Positions 9,478-17,727 of a DNA stretch of 24,720 nt are shown one piece after another (the first letter of the stretch is position 1; each line of letters starts with the position of its first letter). The position numbers were made by a program, and so were the translations under genes. The notes under the pieces were generated by a model. That model worked only from the letters and a program-made list of their open reading frames with translations, did not search any database and was not told the origin of the DNA. This DNA is from Candidatus Helarchaeota ASGARD archaeon Hel_GB_B (GTDB taxonomy: Archaea; Asgardarchaeota; Lokiarchaeia; Helarchaeales; HEL-GB-B): positions 1 through 24,720 of the forward strand of contig SUPR01000049.1 in assembly GCA_005191425.1 (NCBI GenBank). Direction: 5' to 3'.

Positions 9478-10671
9478 ATGAGCTTTAAAATTAAAGGTAA
9501 AATAATAATCAATAAAGAAGTAGAAAAAATAATTAAGAGTAAATCCTCAGAAATTATATATAAAAAAAATATAAGGAAAATAGAAGAGGGATTAAATCCA
9601 GGGGATATGGTAGAAATATACAATGAATACAATGAATTATTAGGAATTGGTTTTTATGAATCTATGGAAAATATAGGTATACGGATAATGACATTTGGAG
9701 AGGATACATTTGATGAAGATTATATAATTAAGAAATTTAAAAATGCAAAAAAATTGCGTAATAAATTAGGTTTCACAGATAATTTTCGCTGGATTAATTC
9801 AACTGGAGATTCTTTTTCAGGGCTCATTGTTGATAAATTTAATGATTTAGTTGTAATAGAGAGTTTTAGTGTAGGAATTGATAAAATATTAAATAGAATA
9901 GCCGATATTATCATGAATATAGATAGAGATATTAAAGCAGTTTATGTCAGAAATGATGTGAGAAATAGAAAAAGATTCAATTTAAAAATTTGGAAGGGAT
10001 TTATCGGAAATCCAATTGAAATTAAAACTCAAACAATAATAAAAGAGAGCTCTGCAAAGTTTTATGTTGACATTGAAAAGGGAAATAAGACGGGGTTTTA
10101 TTTAGACCAAAAGCCAAATAGAATAGAATCTGAGAAATATGCAAAGAATTGTAAAAAAGTATTAGACTGCTTTTCCTATACAGGTGGCTTTGGTATTCAT
10201 GCAATTTTACAAGGTGCCAGTGTTACTTTTGTTGAACATGACCCCAACTCGGTCCAAATGCTGAAAAAAAATTTAGCATTAAATGATATCTCAAGTGGTT
10301 TTAAAATATATGAAACTGATTTTTGGCAATATATTAAAAAAGACGACAATAAATACGATATGATAATTTTAGACCCACCCAGTTTTATTAGTAATCGTAA
10401 TGAAATTAAAATTGGAGAACAAAAATATTATAAAATGAACTATTTAGCATTACCAAGGTTGAATGATGGCGGAATTTTAGTTACTTCATCATGTTCATAT
10501 TTTTTAGATATAAATAGACTCCAATCAATCATTTTAAAAGCAGCTGATAATTTAAACATTAAATTAATACGATTAGGGAGAGTGCGGGGAGCATCAGTAT
10601 GTCATTCTATTGCTCCCAAAGTCCCTGGAATTGAATATTTAAAATGCTATTTTTTTATAAAGGAAGGTTAA
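9478..10671 (+). CDS. PUA-domain class I SAM-dependent RNA m5C methyltransferase, RlmI-like
   Basis: N-terminal PUA-like region (PGDMVEI..GIGFY), GLIVDKF, KTGFYLDQ, LDCFSYTGGFG, ILDPPSF, and catalytic Cys in TSSCS. Confidence 0.88.
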   Translation: MSFKIKGKIIINKEVEKIIKSKSSEIIYKKNIRKIEEGLNPGDMVEIYNEYNELLGIGFYESMENIGIRIMTFGEDTFDEDYIIKKFKNAKKLRNKLGFTDNFRWINSTGDSFSGLIVDKFNDLVVIESFSVGIDKILNRIADIIMNIDRDIKAVYVRNDVRNRKRFNLKIWKGFIGNPIEIKTQTIIKESSAKFYVDIEKGNKTGFYLDQKPNRIESEKYAKNCKKVLDCFSYTGGFGIHAILQGASVTFVEHDPNSVQMLKKNLALNDISSGFKIYETDFWQYIKKDDNKYDMIILDPPSFISNRNEIKIGEQKYYKMNYLALPRLNDGGILVTSSCSYFLDINRLQSIILKAADNLNIKLIRLGRVRGASVCHSIAPKVPGIEYLKCYFFIKEG

Positions 10672-10696
10672 TATTAATACTATTTTTTAAAATGCT

Positions 10697-11269
10697 TTAT
10701 GTTGTAAATATTGAGAGCATCTTTTTAGTAATTCTGTAGGTATCTTTTTTCCTATAGCCACATGTCGGACAAAAATGTTCTTCCTTAATATAATATTGTC
10801 TATTTGCTAAATGTTGCCCAAATTGAATCCGAACTTCCATTTCTGCATTACATTTTGAACGTTTACATGGTCTATTATAAACAAATTCAGGAGTCGGATT
10901 GGATATTTTTATCAAATCAAATAGATCTCGCGATATATTAAAATCACCTGAAAAAACATCAGCTAATTTATGGGAAATTACATTTAATGACCGAAATAGT
11001 TCTCTTTTATCATAATTTTTTGAAATACATATTGCTAAAGATGCATCCGATGAAATCTTGGATTGTAGACAGACTGAATTCTCATCAATTTTGAGGTCTT
11101 TTCTATTACAAATGGCAGACAGCGCTAAAATATTTTCGTCAATTTCTGCTTTGTTTTTTGATGCGATAACAAGTCCTTGATGATCAGTAATTACGCTTCC
11201 TTTACAATTCACAATTTCGTTAATTTGTTCCATTATATTATTTAATTGTCTACTATCAACTAAATTCAT
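10697..11269 (-). CDS. Roadblock/LC7-like domain fused to a C-terminal C4 zinc ribbon
   Basis: N-terminal helix followed by GSVITDHQGLVIAS (Roadblock pattern). The C-terminal part has CKRSKC...CPTCG. Confidence 0.65.
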   Translation of the reverse strand: MNLVDSRQLNNIMEQINEIVNCKGSVITDHQGLVIASKNKAEIDENILALSAICNRKDLKIDENSVCLQSKISSDASLAICISKNYDKRELFRSLNVISHKLADVFSGDFNISRDLFDLIKISNPTPEFVYNRPCKRSKCNAEMEVRIQFGQHLANRQYYIKEEHFCPTCGYRKKDTYRITKKMLSIFTT

Positions 11270-11328
11270 TATACCACTTTCGTGAAGTTAGTTGATATTA
11301 TAATTTCAAGAAAAATTAATCAAACCAA

Positions 11329-11670
11329 GTGATATTTACCAGTATATCCCCATATTACGAATCCAACCTTCACAAATTTTTTAAATATAAATTAAGTATA
11401 GTAGAATTTTTAAAAAAGGTTTATAGAAATGAAAAAATAACCTTAAATATTACAGTGTTTGGATTGGATAATTTATTATATCATTCAATTAATTATGAGA
11501 AATTATCAAAAAAAGTGAGAAGTTTATTACAAGATGTTGCAAATTTTTTTTTCAGTGAATTGTCTATCTAATTTATTATTAACTCGTGGTATAATGGAGG
11601 AAATAATCAAATTCGTGGCTGGGGAGAGTCTTGTGGAGGAGATTATTCTTGTAGACGAGATTATAGATGA
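11329..11670 (+). pseudogene. Probable decayed ORF with an internal TAA at 11569-11571
   Basis: The 80-aa frame (LSIVEFLKK..ITVFGLDNLLY..VRSLLQD) continues past TAA as FIINSWYNGG... to TGA at 11668-11670. Reading I*FII as IQFII needs only a CAA>TAA change. Confidence 0.3.
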
Positions 11671-11730
11671 TCCAGTTTTTTAGATTATAACATTTTTTTA
11701 AGAGATTTTTAATTATTATAAAATAAGAAG

Positions 11731-12075
11731 TTATCCATTTATATTTTTTAATATCTCTTTAATTTTAATTTCAAGTTCAGGTATTTTATTTTTTATCGTT
11801 TTCCATACTATTTCTGTATCAGTGCCAAAATATCCATTAATTAATCGATCTCTCATACCTGCGATTGCTTTCCAATTTATTTCCGGATAATTATTCTTAA
11901 TTTCATTTGAGAGATTTTCTACTGCTTCTCCTATTATTTCTAAATTTCTTAAGACAGCATCAATTGTTTTTACATCTTTTTTAAAATCATCGAAAGTCAT
12001 AGATTCAATATATTTCTCTATTTTTATTATAGAGTTCAATATATCCAGTAAAAATAATTTTTGTGTTCTATATAT
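11731..12075 (-). CDS. hepT: HEPN/DUF86 (HepT-like) RNase toxin, apparently inactivated
   Basis: DAVLRNLEIIGEA, INWKAIAGMRDRLINGYFGTD; the RxxxxH motif reads RDRLIN. The frame is open upstream of the TTG (12039) to an ATA codon at 12073-12075 that overlaps the MNT stop. Confidence 0.8.
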   Translation of the reverse strand: MYRTQKLFLLDILNSIIKIEKYIESMTFDDFKKDVKTIDAVLRNLEIIGEAVENLSNEIKNNYPEINWKAIAGMRDRLINGYFGTDTEIVWKTIKNKIPELEIKIKEILKNING

Positions 12076-12361
12076 AAATAATATCCCGCAGAATATATGG
12101 CTTTATAATTTTTTTAATAGCATTAGGTGTAATTATTTCTACTTTAGCCCCTAATAAATTTGACAGAAATTCTTCTAATTCAAATAATTCGAAAAAGTCA
12201 ATAGGTTCTAAGAAATTTACGAGTAAATCAATATCACTTTCTTCTGTTTGTGTATCTCTTGAATATGACCCAAATAAACCAATATCTTTGACCTTATATT
12301 TCTTTTTCAACAAATATATATTTTCTCTTAAGATTTTTAGAATTGTCTCTTTATTTTTCAT
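12068..12361 (-). CDS. mntA: Minimal nucleotidyltransferase (MntA-like antitoxin)
   Basis: GLFGSYSRDTQTEESDIDLLV (GSx10DxD), 97 aa, directly upstream of the HEPN gene. Confidence 0.9.
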   Translation of the reverse strand: MKNKETILKILRENIYLLKKKYKVKDIGLFGSYSRDTQTEESDIDLLVNFLEPIDFFELFELEEFLSNLLGAKVEIITPNAIKKIIKPYILRDIIYI

Positions 12362-12578
12362 TATAAGATACCCAATACATTTTCAACTAGCTTATACTAT
12401 GTTAATTTATCATTTAAAGAATTTTTAAATAATAGGTTAAATTTTTATGAATTTTAGTCATTAATTAAATGACCAATTAGATTGAATGTTGCAAATTGAA
12501 AGTCAAAATTTAATAATAAAAAAAATTCAAAGTATTTAAAGTTTCATAATAACCACAAATTTTAAAAATTAATTAAAA

Positions 12579-13202
12579 TTAACTTATTATTAATAATATA
12601 ATAGCACTTAATAAGCTAATTTTTGCAATATTCTTATTTTCAGCAGCGCTTATTATTATTAAGTCATTATTCCTAATGGTTTCAAATTTTTGTTTTAATT
12701 CATTATATAATTTATTGAAATCTCTTTTAATATTAAATTCATCTACCCCTAAAATTATAAAATTATCATTCTTGAACAATAATGAAGTGATACATTTAGC
12801 TCCAAACTTAATTGCTTCATCTCTTAATTTTATTCCTGTCCCGACCATATTCAAAAAGTTTCTAATTTGAAAACCATAATTGAAAGGATACATAGTCAAT
12901 TGTTCGGCGTCATTTAATTCCTCAATTTCAATAATATATTTCTTTAATTCACTTAAAAGTACACTACCTTTTTCTGTTATTTGGCTACCTCTTTTTTTGT
13001 AAGTTGAAATTAACCCGGCTTCGGATAATCGTCTTAATACAGTCCTTATTGATCCTTGACCCAACCCAATTTTTTTGCCAAGAATATAACGCCCTACCGG
13101 CTTTTTAACACTAGATAAATAATCTAAAATAAGGTAAAAATGGGCTATAGAAAATAAGTATCCGGCACCTATATGACTACATAAATTCTTTAATGTCTCC
13201 AA
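12579..13202 (-). CDS. Winged-helix protein with a DUF4443/DUF2111-like C-terminal domain
   Basis: PVGRYILGKKIGLGQGSIRTVLRRLSEAGLI...GSQITEKG (wHTH), then GIKLRDEAIKFGA, typical of this archaeal family. Confidence 0.65.
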   Translation of the reverse strand: METLKNLCSHIGAGYLFSIAHFYLILDYLSSVKKPVGRYILGKKIGLGQGSIRTVLRRLSEAGLISTYKKRGSQITEKGSVLLSELKKYIIEIEELNDAEQLTMYPFNYGFQIRNFLNMVGTGIKLRDEAIKFGAKCITSLLFKNDNFIILGVDEFNIKRDFNKLYNELKQKFETIRNNDLIIISAAENKNIAKISLLSAIILLIIS

Positions 13203-13297
13203 TATAAATCGTCCAAGATCGCGTTTTTAATGAAAAGTAGCTTTTCATATATTAAAAATTGTTTTTATTTTTTATAATAAATATTATCGATTTATAT

Positions 13298-13441
13298 TAT
13301 ATTCTTTTTTATTATGTAAATAAAAGATTTTGATTGGATATGAATTTTGTTAAAAATTCGTTATTCGTTTATATTCTCTTTTACTATGTAAATAAAAGAT
13401 TTTGATTGGATATGAATTTTGTTAAAAATTCGTTGTTTGTT
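13298..13441. repeat. ~72-bp tandem duplication with a 50-bp identical core
   Basis: tatgtaaataaaagattttgattggatatgaattttgttaaaaattcgtt at 13313-13362 and 13385-13434; the flanks also align with few mismatches. Confidence 0.9.
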
Positions 13442-13917
13442 TATTTTTTATATTATTTTTTTTTCTATTTTTAATATGAAGGGCAATTTTAATAATCGGT
13501 CTATTTAACATTAAAGATTTTAATTGACATATTAATTAATAATTGTTTTTAATTAAATAATAATAATTATTTTTCAATCAATTCTATGAAAAAATTAAAA
13601 AACAGAACAATAAAAAAAATTATCTATTAAATACAGAATTTAAAATAAAAAACAATTATATTAATCTAAATTTGATTGTGTAATTCTAAAAATTGCAATT
13701 CTTTAGATTTATTGAATTTTCTATAGAGAATCTCGTAAAATTAATCTAAGAAGGTATTGATCTCGACAAAATTTAAAAGTTTTTGTTTTTTCATTTAAAT
13801 TTCCTCATAGAAAAATACACAAGAAACAAAAGAAGAGTGGTAATTGTTAGAATATTCTTCAGTCGTTGGGGATTTAGTCGGCTACCATAGCTCAGGAGAT
13901 AAAATTGTCGGTCTTCT

Positions 13918-15258
13918 CTATGAAGAAATGTTGGGAGAAAGGACAGCGTCCGAATTTACATAAATATCACGGGACGCTGTAGCCGATTTAATGAGGTCTA
14001 TTCTGCCTGTTTTATATGCCGTGAGTGCAGTTAACCCTTGAGTAATGATATTAAAACTTATAAAAATGAGGGCATTTTCCTTGCCCTAGTTTGGTATGTG
14101 CGTCCGTTGATAGACCACCTTATACAAAGAAAATATGTGCTCTTCACTTGTCCGTATGGAATAAATCTCTTTTCCGGTCTTAATCACCTTTAATTTGGAG
14201 GACTTTTTCCACTTGAGAATGGGGATGAACCCATGACCTGCTACCATCTTGGAATTCTTGTAGGATGCGCCCGTTCCGCTATCCATTAAAAAGTAGGTGA
14301 AGGGTGGGTTTCTTGCTGCCATATATCACCGATATATTTGCCTAAAAGCATGTTTATCGTTCTGACTTGCTTTAATCACATTGTAATAAACAGTGAGACT
14401 ATATTTCCAGTCCATTATTGGTGATTCGGTATAGCCTGGACCTTTATACTTTCCCTTCACGCAGATGCCGCAATCATGACCGGATGAACTTATAATTTCT
14501 TCTTGTTTTAGCTCGCCGCAATTACTAATAAAAGTACCTGCCATCCCAAACGCCTACCTGGTAATCCGCTAGCCCATATTACTCGAATTACTTTACTAGT
14601 AAGCCGTGAAATCCCCGTAAATTAACTGAGCCAATAGCAGTCACAAGTCGTCCATAGTTGCGGACACTGGGCACCCGCTCATTTTCCAGTTCGAATGCGG
14701 AAAGTAAATTATAGTCCGATTCAAGGTCATGTATCCATTGATTAAATTTTACCTGCCCTAACTTGCAGCGCCCAATCTCCAGTTTCACGATATCTTCAAT
14801 ATAGAAACTGCCAAATATTTCTTCCTGCTTGTACGTTAATTCGAGAATATTCCAAAATCGAAAATTATTCAATAAAAAGAGGTCTTTGAGATAGCCATCT
14901 GAGATCTCGAAGTTTCTAAGTGCTTCAATTTCTGCCCATGTCAGCTTTCCTGCCATAAATTCTCCCGGCTGAACCGCTGGAATTTTTGTTCGATATGGTA
15001 ATTTAAAGGAGCTTGAAGCGGATACTCTCTTTCTTTTCATAATTTTCCATCCAAAATCTTCTAACTTTTTCTGGCCGGCCCTAGTCCCCTCTTTTTTTCC
15101 TTCTTTTTCACCGTACGGAACTTTCGGACAAAAATTTGGGTAAATTGATCTCTCCCACGTTTATTGTGTAAATCAATGAATTTTACATTAATTTTTCCGA
15201 AATAATCATCAATCTACATCTGTACCTAGCGTCTTCCTTTTTTTATAATTATGAGCAT
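13918..15258 (-). pseudogene. DDE transposase pseudogene
   Basis: Joining the fragments gives GVWDGRYF (D1), FLMDSG (D2) and YSIRTSEEHIFSLYK (exact Y-2-R-3-E-6-K). Stops at 15226, 15214, 14588, 14579, 14326 and 14086; frameshifts near 15090 and 14530. Includes the track ORFs 14588-15040, 14326-14544 and 14086-14322. Confidence 0.82.
13943..13980. other. GC-rich hairpin near the transposase 3' end
   Basis: acagcgtcc (13943-13951) pairs with ggacgctgt (13972-13980); there is extra attta/taaat pairing in the loop. Confidence 0.6.
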
Positions 15259-15543
15259 TTCTCTTGCCTAATCTTCGCCAATTCATGGTTATATTGTAGA
15301 GTAATGGCACTTACAAATGTTTCGTATTAAATATAAATCAACTAGTCTGTATGGTAGAGAATATTGCCCAGAATTCGGCATTCACATACGTTTAAATAGA
15401 GATAAGTAGAACATTTTTCGGATATTAGAGAAAAATGAAAAATATTATCTTGCATAAAATTTTAAAGTAATTAGGTAGGCAAGAATTTTTTGTCGAAGAA
15501 ATAAGCTTGTTATTTTAATTTCACGAGACCTTCTATAGAAATA

Positions 15544-15559
15544 TTTAAATATTTAAATA
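15544..15559 (+). promoter_or_regulatory. Tandem TATA-box candidates (tttaaata x2)
   Basis: Archaeal TATA-like octamers at 15544-15551 and 15552-15559, upstream of the 15672 gene cluster. Confidence 0.5.
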
Positions 15560-15579
15560 AATAATTAAAAATGTTGAAG

Positions 15580-15598
15580 CTAGGTTAGGGTAGCCTAG
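15580..15598. promoter_or_regulatory. DtxR/IdeR-like 19-bp palindromic operator CTAGGTTAGGGTAGCCTAG
   Basis: Arms CTAGGTTA / TAGCCTAG have 1 mismatch around a 3-bp spacer. It matches TTAGGTTAGSCTAACCTAA at 15 of 19 positions and sits where the TSS is expected. Confidence 0.65.
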
Positions 15599-15628
15599 GA
15601 AAAAAGTGAATATGAAAAAAGTGAATAT
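15599..15628. repeat. 15-bp exact tandem repeat x2 (gaaaaaagtgaatat)
   Basis: Copies at 15599-15613 and 15614-15628, immediately after the palindrome. Confidence 0.75.
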
Positions 15629-15671
15629 AATTAAAGAAAAAAGTAAATAATAGAAAAATCAGAACGATTAA

Positions 15672-16412
15672 ATGATGTGTAATAAAATGAAACAGCGAAA
15701 AATAATTTTACTATTAATAGCACTATTATTAATATTTCCTTTATCTGTAATAAAAGTAAATGCAAATTATGCGAATAGTATAAAGACGAATCAAATATAT
15801 TCATGGAAAATTACAAATATATCTGCAGGTCTAATTCAATATTGGGATTCAAATTGGCAGTTCAGGGGAAATATTAAGGCAAATACAGGTCAGATTGTTT
15901 ATTTTGCTATATCCAGTATAAAAAAGGATATTGAAGGAAATTTTGCCATGGGAAACATGACTACAAAAGATAATGATACAAGTATTGCATATGTGTTAAT
16001 ATTAGGATTTGGAGTTTGGACAAGGCCATGGAATCCAGGTTTAATATCCAGTATTAATTGGACTGAAGAAAAGTCTACTGCAAATAATAGTATAAATGCA
16101 ACAGCCGGTGATATTTTAATTATCACAAACAATAGTAATAAAATCAAATTCAAATATCAACAAGGTAATGGTGGAAATCAGAATACTACATTAGTTTATG
16201 ATATGAATACAGGAATTTTACTTGAATGTTATACGGAAATAAAAATATCCAATGATTATCATTTAGGACTTAAATTTATTGGAGTTACAAATATTACAAA
16301 TATAGGAATTAGTCCATGGCTATTCATGATATCTGGAGTTATAATCGTAGTTTCAGTGGTCTTTATTTTTAAAAAAAACATAATAATTGACCAATTAACA
16401 AAAAGAAATTAG
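15672..16412 (+). CDS. Secreted, C-terminally anchored surface protein of unknown function
   Basis: Signal peptide MKQRKIILLLIALLLIFPLSVIKVNA (likely start ATG 15687), beta-rich Asn/Thr-rich body with many NxS/T sequons, and a C-terminal TM followed by FKK. Confidence 0.75.
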   Translation: MMCNKMKQRKIILLLIALLLIFPLSVIKVNANYANSIKTNQIYSWKITNISAGLIQYWDSNWQFRGNIKANTGQIVYFAISSIKKDIEGNFAMGNMTTKDNDTSIAYVLILGFGVWTRPWNPGLISSINWTEEKSTANNSINATAGDILIITNNSNKIKFKYQQGNGGNQNTTLVYDMNTGILLECYTEIKISNDYHLGLKFIGVTNITNIGISPWLFMISGVIIVVSVVFIFKKNIIIDQLTKRN

Positions 16413-16447
16413 TTCTAAAAAATTTAATAATTTTTTATTTTTTTTTA

Positions 16448-17077
16448 TTGGATCGGATAATTATGAATATGAATAATGAGAAAAATGTTATGAAGGAAAA
16501 TGAAAAGGATAATCAGATAATAAAAGAACCATCAATAAAGAGTAAAAATTTTAATATAGTGCTTATTGCAATGCTAACAGCATTATGTATCTCAGTTAGC
16601 TATATATTATCTCCATTAGCAAATATTGAATTAATGTCATTTATAATTTTTATTTCAGGTTTTATTTTTGGGCTGACAGTAGGTATTGGGGTAGGGACAA
16701 TGGCATCATTAATTTATTATGGATGGAACCCATATGGCCCTAGCAACCCGCCAATTTTTATAGCTTGTGTTTTATGTATGGTTTTATTTGGAGTCATTGG
16801 AGGGATCATGAGAAAAAAAGACAATGATAAATTGGAATATTCTGCTTGGAACGTTTATAAATTTGGAACTGTGGGTCTATTATTAACATTATTATTTGAT
16901 TTGACTACAAACATTATAACGGGGTTTATTTTCTATGGAGGAAATGTCATTATAGCTCTTGTTTTAGGTATTCCATTTCTCTTAATTCATATTATAAGTA
17001 ATACCGCGGTATTTAGTGGACTTTTAATTCCTGTTGTTAATGCAATTAAAAATTTAAATCAATTCAATAAAGTTTAA
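16448..17077 (+). CDS. ECF transporter S-component (CbrT-like)
   Basis: About six hydrophobic helices; IAMLTALCI (AxxxA-type helix 1), PLANIELMSFIIFISG, WNPYG, GIPFLLIHIISN. The true start is probably an ATG a few codons downstream. Confidence 0.75.
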   Translation: MDRIIMNMNNEKNVMKENEKDNQIIKEPSIKSKNFNIVLIAMLTALCISVSYILSPLANIELMSFIIFISGFIFGLTVGIGVGTMASLIYYGWNPYGPSNPPIFIACVLCMVLFGVIGGIMRKKDNDKLEYSAWNVYKFGTVGLLLTLLFDLTTNIITGFIFYGGNVIIALVLGIPFLLIHIISNTAVFSGLLIPVVNAIKNLNQFNKV

Positions 17078-17078
17078 A

Positions 17079-17690
17079 ATGAGAAATATGACAAAATTTT
17101 CAAGTTATAAAAAACGCAATAAGAGTCTAAAATTTTTCATATTTAGTTCGATGTTAATAGCCCTTTTATTTTATGGTGGAATAAATAGTTATAAAATATT
17201 TTATTTTAAATCAAATAATTTACAAATTAATACATTGTCCGTTGAAAATATTACTGTTATTTTTAAGTATAAAGACACTTTATTATTAAATTGTAGTTTA
17301 AATTTTACAGGTAGTCAAATTTCTGTTTTTGATGCTACAATTAATGCATTAGGAGGGATAGAGCATATTAAGTACAACCCCGATACAGGATGTGGGGTGT
17401 TCATAAGAGATATGGAAATCAATAATACATGGTACAAATTATCATCGAACAAGTTTTGGTTGTATTGGGTAAATGGTGAATTTGCAAAAGTAAGTTGTTC
17501 AAAATATAATTTACAATCTAATTCGATAATAGTTTGGATATATACAGATAATTTTCCATATACATCATCGACAGACCAAGATTATTCCGGAGAATTTCTG
17601 ATCTTTATAGTAGTGTTAATATCAATTTTAATTGGTATAGGGGTTTTGGGAATTATAATTAAAAAAAGATTTAGAAATAACGAAGTTTAA
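17079..17690 (+). CDS. DUF4430 (transcobalamin/intrinsic-factor beta-domain-like) membrane-anchored protein
   Basis: N-terminal TM, SVFDATINA, GVFIRDM, FWLYWVNGEFAKVSCSKYNLQSNSIIVWIY (WxYxVNG...Y.L....I.W), and a C-terminal TM plus KKR. Confidence 0.75.
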   Translation: MRNMTKFSSYKKRNKSLKFFIFSSMLIALLFYGGINSYKIFYFKSNNLQINTLSVENITVIFKYKDTLLLNCSLNFTGSQISVFDATINALGGIEHIKYNPDTGCGVFIRDMEINNTWYKLSSNKFWLYWVNGEFAKVSCSKYNLQSNSIIVWIYTDNFPYTSSTDQDYSGEFLIFIVVLISILIGIGVLGIIIKKRFRNNEV

Positions 17691-17727
17691 TTTTTAATAA
17701 ATTTAGAAAAATAAATTTAATAAATTT

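Larger units (their letters stand above)
13726..15533 (-). mobile_element. Degenerate IS5-like (IS4 superfamily DDE) insertion sequence, ~1.8 kb
   Basis: Imperfect ~46-bp terminal inverted repeats at 13726-13771 (GAGAATCTCGTAAAATTAA...TCGACAAAA) and 15488-15533 (reverse complement GAAGGTCTCGTGAAATTAA...TCGACAAAA). Flanked by TATA at 13722-13725 and 15534-15537. The interior is visibly more GC-rich and holds transposase fragments. Confidence 0.8.

Noticed and set aside
13298-13441. CRISPR array
   Set aside because: Only two copies of a 50-bp core, and the intervening sequence resembles the flanks instead of being a unique spacer. No cas genes are present.
13203-13721. Replication origin
   Set aside because: AT-rich with a repeat, but no ORB/mini-ORB G-string motifs are visible and there is no cdc6/orc1 or WhiP-like gene in the window.
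13850-13963. Plus-strand peptide VGDLVGYHSSGDKIVGLLYE resembling a metallophosphoesterase motif
   Set aside because: Short frame inside the IS with none of the other motifs (DxH, GNH); probably chance.
14326-14328. In-frame TGA joining two ORFs as possible selenocysteine or recoding
   Set aside because: It lies in a transposase remnant that also has TAA/TAG stops and frameshifts, so decay explains it. No SECIS-like element was recognised.
15400-15671. Cobalamin riboswitch ahead of the ECF/DUF4430 cluster
   Set aside because: No B12-box or GGGAA/GCCACTG-type elements; the region is too AT-rich and the only structured element is the 19-bp palindrome.
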